Source: Rhodothermales bacterium
GTDB taxonomy: Bacteria; Bacteroidota; Rhodothermia; Rhodothermales; VXPQ01
Assembly: GCA_040904565.1 (NCBI GenBank)
Contig: JBBDTI010000023.1
Location: forward strand, 25,957-47,995
Direction of reading: 5' to 3'
DNA: 22,039 nucleotides
The notes under the pieces are model-generated. The model saw nothing but the letters and a program-made list of their open reading frames with translations. It had not been told where the DNA came from and made no database searches. Made by a program: the position numbers and the translations under genes. Shown in pieces: positions 18,321-22,039 of this stretch (position 1 is the first letter of the stretch; each line of letters starts with the position of its first letter).

Positions 18321-18592
18321 GGGGCGGGGCTACGGCGGCAACGGATACATACCAATGTAACCCACTCAATCGTCAGCTTCCTGGCTTTCGCTGGCATTCC
18401 GTGCAGGCGAATCCCGGTAAGCAGAAACTAGAATGGGTAGAGCGATTGGGGGTGCGGTATCGGCATTTATCCCGTTCAGGGCTCCCCAAGCTACTGCCAT
18501 GGCGAAACTTGCGAACGATCAGGTCAGGCAACGTTGCTGATCTTTTCTATAGTACGGACGAGTTGTCGCGAACCCCTAAGACGGTGCCGAAG

Positions 18593-18632
18593 TCTCTAGT
18601 TTAGAATTGGCCATTATTTCGGGGGGACGTCA
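18593..18632 (-). mobile_element. Probable orphan IS3-family terminal inverted repeat
   Basis: Minus strand TGACGTCCCCCCGAAATAATGGCCAATTCTAAACTAGAGA: TG start, C-run, A-rich stretch, GGCCA, resembling IS3 ends from memory; no transposase or partner end seen. Confidence 0.45.
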
Positions 18633-18701
18633 CACTTACTGAAGACATCCATTAATGCCCCAAGATGGCCGATTGAACAGTCCCTGGTATGCCGGGGCGG
18701 T

Positions 18702-19151
18702 TCAAAATTCAGGACTAAATTCCTCTAAAAGTGGGTTCTCTGCTTCTGCTCTGAAGCGAATACCGAGGGCATCCATGGTGCGCTGTGCACGATCCACCGT
18801 AATTCCGTGGTATTCGTTCCGCTCGTCGCGAGACACCTGAGACTCGGATACTTCCAGACGATCGGCTAGCTCTTTTTGCGTCATGCCACGGGCGATCCGA
18901 GCACCAATGAGCCATCGCCCAATGCTGGTGAGACTGGAAAGAGTGCCCAGATCACCTCTCTTCATTCGTTCATACGTCTCCACCTCGTCCTTCAACTGTT
19001 CGTGGAAGGACGCCATGGGCTGCATGGCTCGATCGAGTTGCTCACCTACGAGACCGATGCTTTGCAGATGTTCACGCTGAGCCTCAATCGTCTCGGCATC
19101 GCGCTCAAGCTGCTCCAAGGCTTTCTGATGCTCGGTATCTGTTCGGATCAT
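18702..19151 (-). CDS. XRE-family HTH protein, HigA-like antitoxin/regulator
   Basis: 'MIRTDTEHQKAL' HigA-like start, coiled region, HTH 'LIGARIARGMTQKELADRLEVSESQVSRDERNEY'. Confidence 0.88.
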   Translation of the reverse strand: MIRTDTEHQKALEQLERDAETIEAQREHLQSIGLVGEQLDRAMQPMASFHEQLKDEVETYERMKRGDLGTLSSLTSIGRWLIGARIARGMTQKELADRLEVSESQVSRDERNEYHGITVDRAQRTMDALGIRFRAEAENPLLEEFSPEF

Positions 19152-19158
19152 GAGTTTG

Positions 19159-19355
19159 CTAGTGATTCTCGATCGATGCTTTGACTACCTTCACGATCCC
19201 CTTTTGCTCGTTCGTGAAGCGCCTCTGTCTGAATCCTCGATGCGCTTAGATGGACCTCTCACCAGGACGGACGATCGGAGCTCGTCGAACGTCAGCTCAT
19301 ACTCCCCTGAGGGAATCAGTCCTCGCTCATCAAATTCCGGCAGTCGGGTCGATCG
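19159..19355 (-). pseudogene. Internally deleted DUF6932-like (nucleotidyltransferase-like) gene
   Basis: Not in the ORF track. One frame: RLPEFDERGLIPSGEYELTFDELRSSVLVRGP; another frame from 19233: FRQRRFTNEQKGIVKVVKASIENH* (TAG 19159-19161). These match the N- and C-termini I recall for this family; core missing, no ATG/GTG/TTG in frame. Confidence 0.7.
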
Positions 19356-19548
19356 TTGTCAACATATAGGTGTAGTATCGTAATAATTACTCTTTATGTT
19401 AAGTAAACACCGATCGGAACAGCCGGTTTCCGAGACGCCTGCGATTTATTCGATTGACGACGGCATACAGCTTTCTGCTTGACGAGACGAGTTTCGAGAA
19501 AACGCGCAAGTGCCTCAGACAGTGCAGGTCCCCTCGATTGCCGGAGTT

Positions 19549-19591
19549 ATGACAATTCTATGTTCTACATTCTAGAATTCAGAATAGTCAT
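19549..19591. promoter_or_regulatory. Operator-like inverted repeat with 7-bp periodic sub-repeats
   Basis: ATGACAATTCT (19549) / AGAATAGTCAT (19581), 10/11 inverted match; TTCTA at 19556, 19563, 19570; AGAAT at 19574, 19581; ends 5 bp before ATG 19597. Confidence 0.65.
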
Positions 19592-19596
19592 GAGCC

Positions 19597-19851
19597 ATGC
19601 TCCTCCCGCAAGACATTGTCGTCGCGCTGATGATTGCGCTCTCCGACCAACGGTTCACGTACGCCGAGCTGTCGCAGGCGCTTGGCATAAGTGCGTCACA
19701 GGTGTACAGCTCCATCGTTCGGTGCAACGACGCGAGGCTGGTCTTCAAGGACTCGATGCGCGCGAACACAGACGCTATCCTGGAGCTTCTCCGGGATAGC
19801 GTCAAGTACGTGTACCCACCTGAATTACTCGCGCCCCAGCGAGGTATCCCA
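19597..19851 (+). pseudogene. Truncated winged-HTH antitoxin-like gene (ORF runs on to 19971 with an unrelated-looking tail)
   Basis: 'LPQDIVVAL...TYAELSQALGISASQV...VKYVYPPE...RGIP' resembles a wHTH family usually followed by a nucleotidyltransferase; resemblance ends after RGIP and no partner gene follows. Confidence 0.6.
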
Positions 19852-20093
19852 AATCCTTCCGTGCACGTTCAGATGATGCAATCTTGCGTATGCGGATGCC
19901 CTCGCCCCTCTCGCGGTTGCACCCACTGGGGGATGTCTAACTTGTTCGACGGTTTGGAGAAGAGACGATAAGTTCGGCATTCACCGACGTCACGGAAACA
20001 GCGGCGCCGCGGGTCGACAATGGTGCCGGCGCTGCGGCAAGTGCTTTTAAGGAATGGCTGTTCCGGCTGTCGTCGCCATCACACGAAAACGGA

Positions 20094-22039
20094 TTAATCA
20101 TACCGAATGGTCGTCGCCGGATTGGATGCAGCTGCACGCACGGCTTGCATGCCAGCGCTTACCACCGCCACGACTATAGCCAGCGTCGCAACCATCAGAA
20201 GGAGCCACAGTCCGGGCTCTACGTGGTAAGCGAATTCATTCAGCCACCGGTTCATTCCGACATATGCCAATGGCGTACCGATAGCTATGGCCACGACTGC
20301 AAGGATGACGAACTCCTTCGTTAATAGACCTACGATCGAGGCAACAGACGCACCCAGCACCTTTCGAATACCGATTTCCTTTGTGCGCTGGCGCACAGAG
20401 TAGGCGGATAGGCCGAACAGACCGATGCCTGCCAGCAGAATAGCTAGACCGGCAAAGAGCGCAAACGCACTACTGAGACGCTGTTCCGACTGATATTGTG
20501 CTTGAATCTCCTCGTCAAGGAATTCGAAGGCGAACGGTCTATCTGGGATTTGTGCCTCCCATGCACGCTCCAGGACAGAGAGACCTTCCTCAGTCCGTCC
20601 GGGATCGAGCTTGGCCAAAACGACCCCTGTAAAGGATGGATCCAACTGGACTGCTGTCGGCCGCAAGGGCTGCCGAAGTGATACGTTATGGATGTCTTCG
20701 ACGACTCCGATCACCTGTAACCCGTCGAAGGGCTCTGGAGCTGGTCCGAGTCCGTCTCCCTCCAGGCCCAGTCTTTCCGCGGTCGATCTAGTCACGATGA
20801 GTGCATTCTCTGCATCAGTGCCAAACTTGCGAGAGAAGCTTCTGCCGGCAACGAGCTCGAGTCCAACTGTCTCTACATAGCCATATCCCGCCGACAGCAT
20901 GTCAAGTTGCCACGTCTCGCCCGACGCCGTTTCTCGTGGCATCGTATACGTGCGCCACCCAATCCCGAGCGGCATTCCTGCTGCCACGCTCTCGATACTG
21001 GGCTCGGACGCGACCGAGGCCGCGAACACGCTCAGGTCATCACTCGTCCAGTCTGGCGGTCGAAAACTCACGATCTCCTCCGCGTCAAATCCAAGCCGCG
21101 TTGTCTGCAGGTACTCGAGCTGACTATGGACAACGAGTGCTCCCGCCGCCAGTGCGACGGTGGCCGCGAACTGAAACAGTATGAGGCCTCGTCGAACCCA
21201 GTACTTACTAGTGATATTCAACTGCCCACCACGTAGAACTCTCATGGGCCGGAAGGCCGACAAGACAAACGCTGGATAGGACCCAGCAGCTATGCCCACG
21301 ATGAGGAGGGTGAGCACTACCGCGATCCAGACTGTCGGATGATCTGCCAGACTCAAACTTAACTGTTGCCCGGTTAGGTCATTCACGATCGGTAGCGCGA
21401 CGGAAGCAAATAGGAGTGCAAAGGGCAGAGCTAGAAGCGCGATCACTATCGACTCCGAAATAAATAATCCCACGAGCTGCTCTCGCTGCGCCCCAAGTAC
21501 CTTTCGAACGCCCACTTCTGTTGCCCGATCAGTGGAACGCGCCGTCGCAAGGTTTACGTAATTCACGCACGATATTAGCAGTATCAGAAGTCCGGCCGCC
21601 CCGAAGATGTATAGATAGCGGACATCGCTCGTCGGCGCGAACTCGTCGTTAAGATCGGAGTGTAGGTGAATTCTCGAAACCGATTGTAGATCAAGCCTCC
21701 ACGCTTCGAATGGTCCGTCTACGTGCTCGGCACGCAGCGCATTCAACTTTCCAACTAGGGACGGCCTGTCGACACCGGGCGTCAGCTTCAGGTAGACGCG
21801 GGCACCAAAGAAATTCCACCTCAAAGCGGCAGGCGTTCTGGTTTCGAGTTCCCCCGCGGAAATAAGGACGTTGAACGGCAGGTGCGTATTGGGCGGCGGG
21901 TCGCCTGCAATTGCCGCAATGGTATATGGATCCGTCCCATTCCGATAGATGGTCTGCCCGATCGGATCGGCCGTTCCAAATAACCTCGCGGCTGTAGATT
22001 CCGTCAGGACGAGGCTGCCCGGACTTGAAAGGGCAGAAT
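20094..22039 (-). CDS. ABC transporter permease, duplicated MacB_PCD/FtsX type (5' end outside window)
   Basis: Two FtsX motifs 'RATEVGVRKVLGA' and 'RTKEIGIRKVLGA'; terminal 'AAASNPATTIRYD'; frame stays open from 21824 to the window edge ('SLVLTESTAARLFGTADPIGQTI'). Confidence 0.93.
   Translation of the reverse strand, partial: SALSSPGSLVLTESTAARLFGTADPIGQTIYRNGTDPYTIAAIAGDPPPNTHLPFNVLISAGELETRTPAALRWNFFGARVYLKLTPGVDRPSLVGKLNALRAEHVDGPFEAWRLDLQSVSRIHLHSDLNDEFAPTSDVRYLYIFGAAGLLILLISCVNYVNLATARSTDRATEVGVRKVLGAQREQLVGLFISESIVIALLALPFALLFASVALPIVNDLTGQQLSLSLADHPTVWIAVVLTLLIVGIAAGSYPAFVLSAFRPMRVLRGGQLNITSKYWVRRGLILFQFAATVALAAGALVVHSQLEYLQTTRLGFDAEEIVSFRPPDWTSDDLSVFAASVASEPSIESVAAGMPLGIGWRTYTMPRETASGETWQLDMLSAGYGYVETVGLELVAGRSFSRKFGTDAENALIVTRSTAERLGLEGDGLGPAPEPFDGLQVIGVVEDIHNVSLRQPLRPTAVQLDPSFTGVVLAKLDPGRTEEGLSVLERAWEAQIPDRPFAFEFLDEEIQAQYQSEQRLSSAFALFAGLAILLAGIGLFGLSAYSVRQRTKEIGIRKVLGASVASIVGLLTKEFVILAVVAIAIGTPLAYVGMNRWLNEFAYHVEPGLWLLLMVATLAIVVAVVSAGMQAVRAAASNPATTIRYD

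Noticed and set aside
19934-20050. CxxC...CxxC zinc-ribbon-like reading (CLTC...CRRCGKCF*)
   Set aside because: No convincing start or flanking transposase sequence; likely chance.
1-22039. CRISPR array, rRNA, integrase or transposase gene
   Set aside because: No regularly spaced repeats or diagnostic motifs seen; HTCS repeats are protein-level propeller blades.

Overview
GC-rich bacterial window; gene content (hybrid two-component sensor, DUF5916 barrel, TonB-dependent receptor/lipoprotein pairs) suggests Bacteroidota/Rhodothermota-like origin, which is an inference. Left: hybrid two-component system (HTCS), Zn-dependent alcohol/aldehyde reductase and a CBM9-like/DUF5916 outer-membrane protein, ended by an orphan 3' half of tRNA-Ala(CGC) that looks like an att site. 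Middle: a toxin-antitoxin (TA)-rich stretch with an intact VapBC45-like pair, an MntA/HepT-like relic fused to a Uma2 fragment, a Fic-HTH gene with tandem operator-like boxes and an intact Uma2 gene. Then a mirrored minus-strand cassette TBDR-A > lipoprotein-A > lipoprotein-B > TBDR-B, with a decayed copy of the TBDR-A 3' end between the lipoproteins. Right: a probable IS3 end, an XRE/HigA-like gene preceded by an internally deleted DUF6932-like gene, a truncated wHTH antitoxin-like gene with a structured operator, and a partial FtsX/MacB-type permease. No CRISPR array, rRNA, intact tRNA, integrase or reverse transcriptase was seen. Family names are from motif recognition, not database searches.
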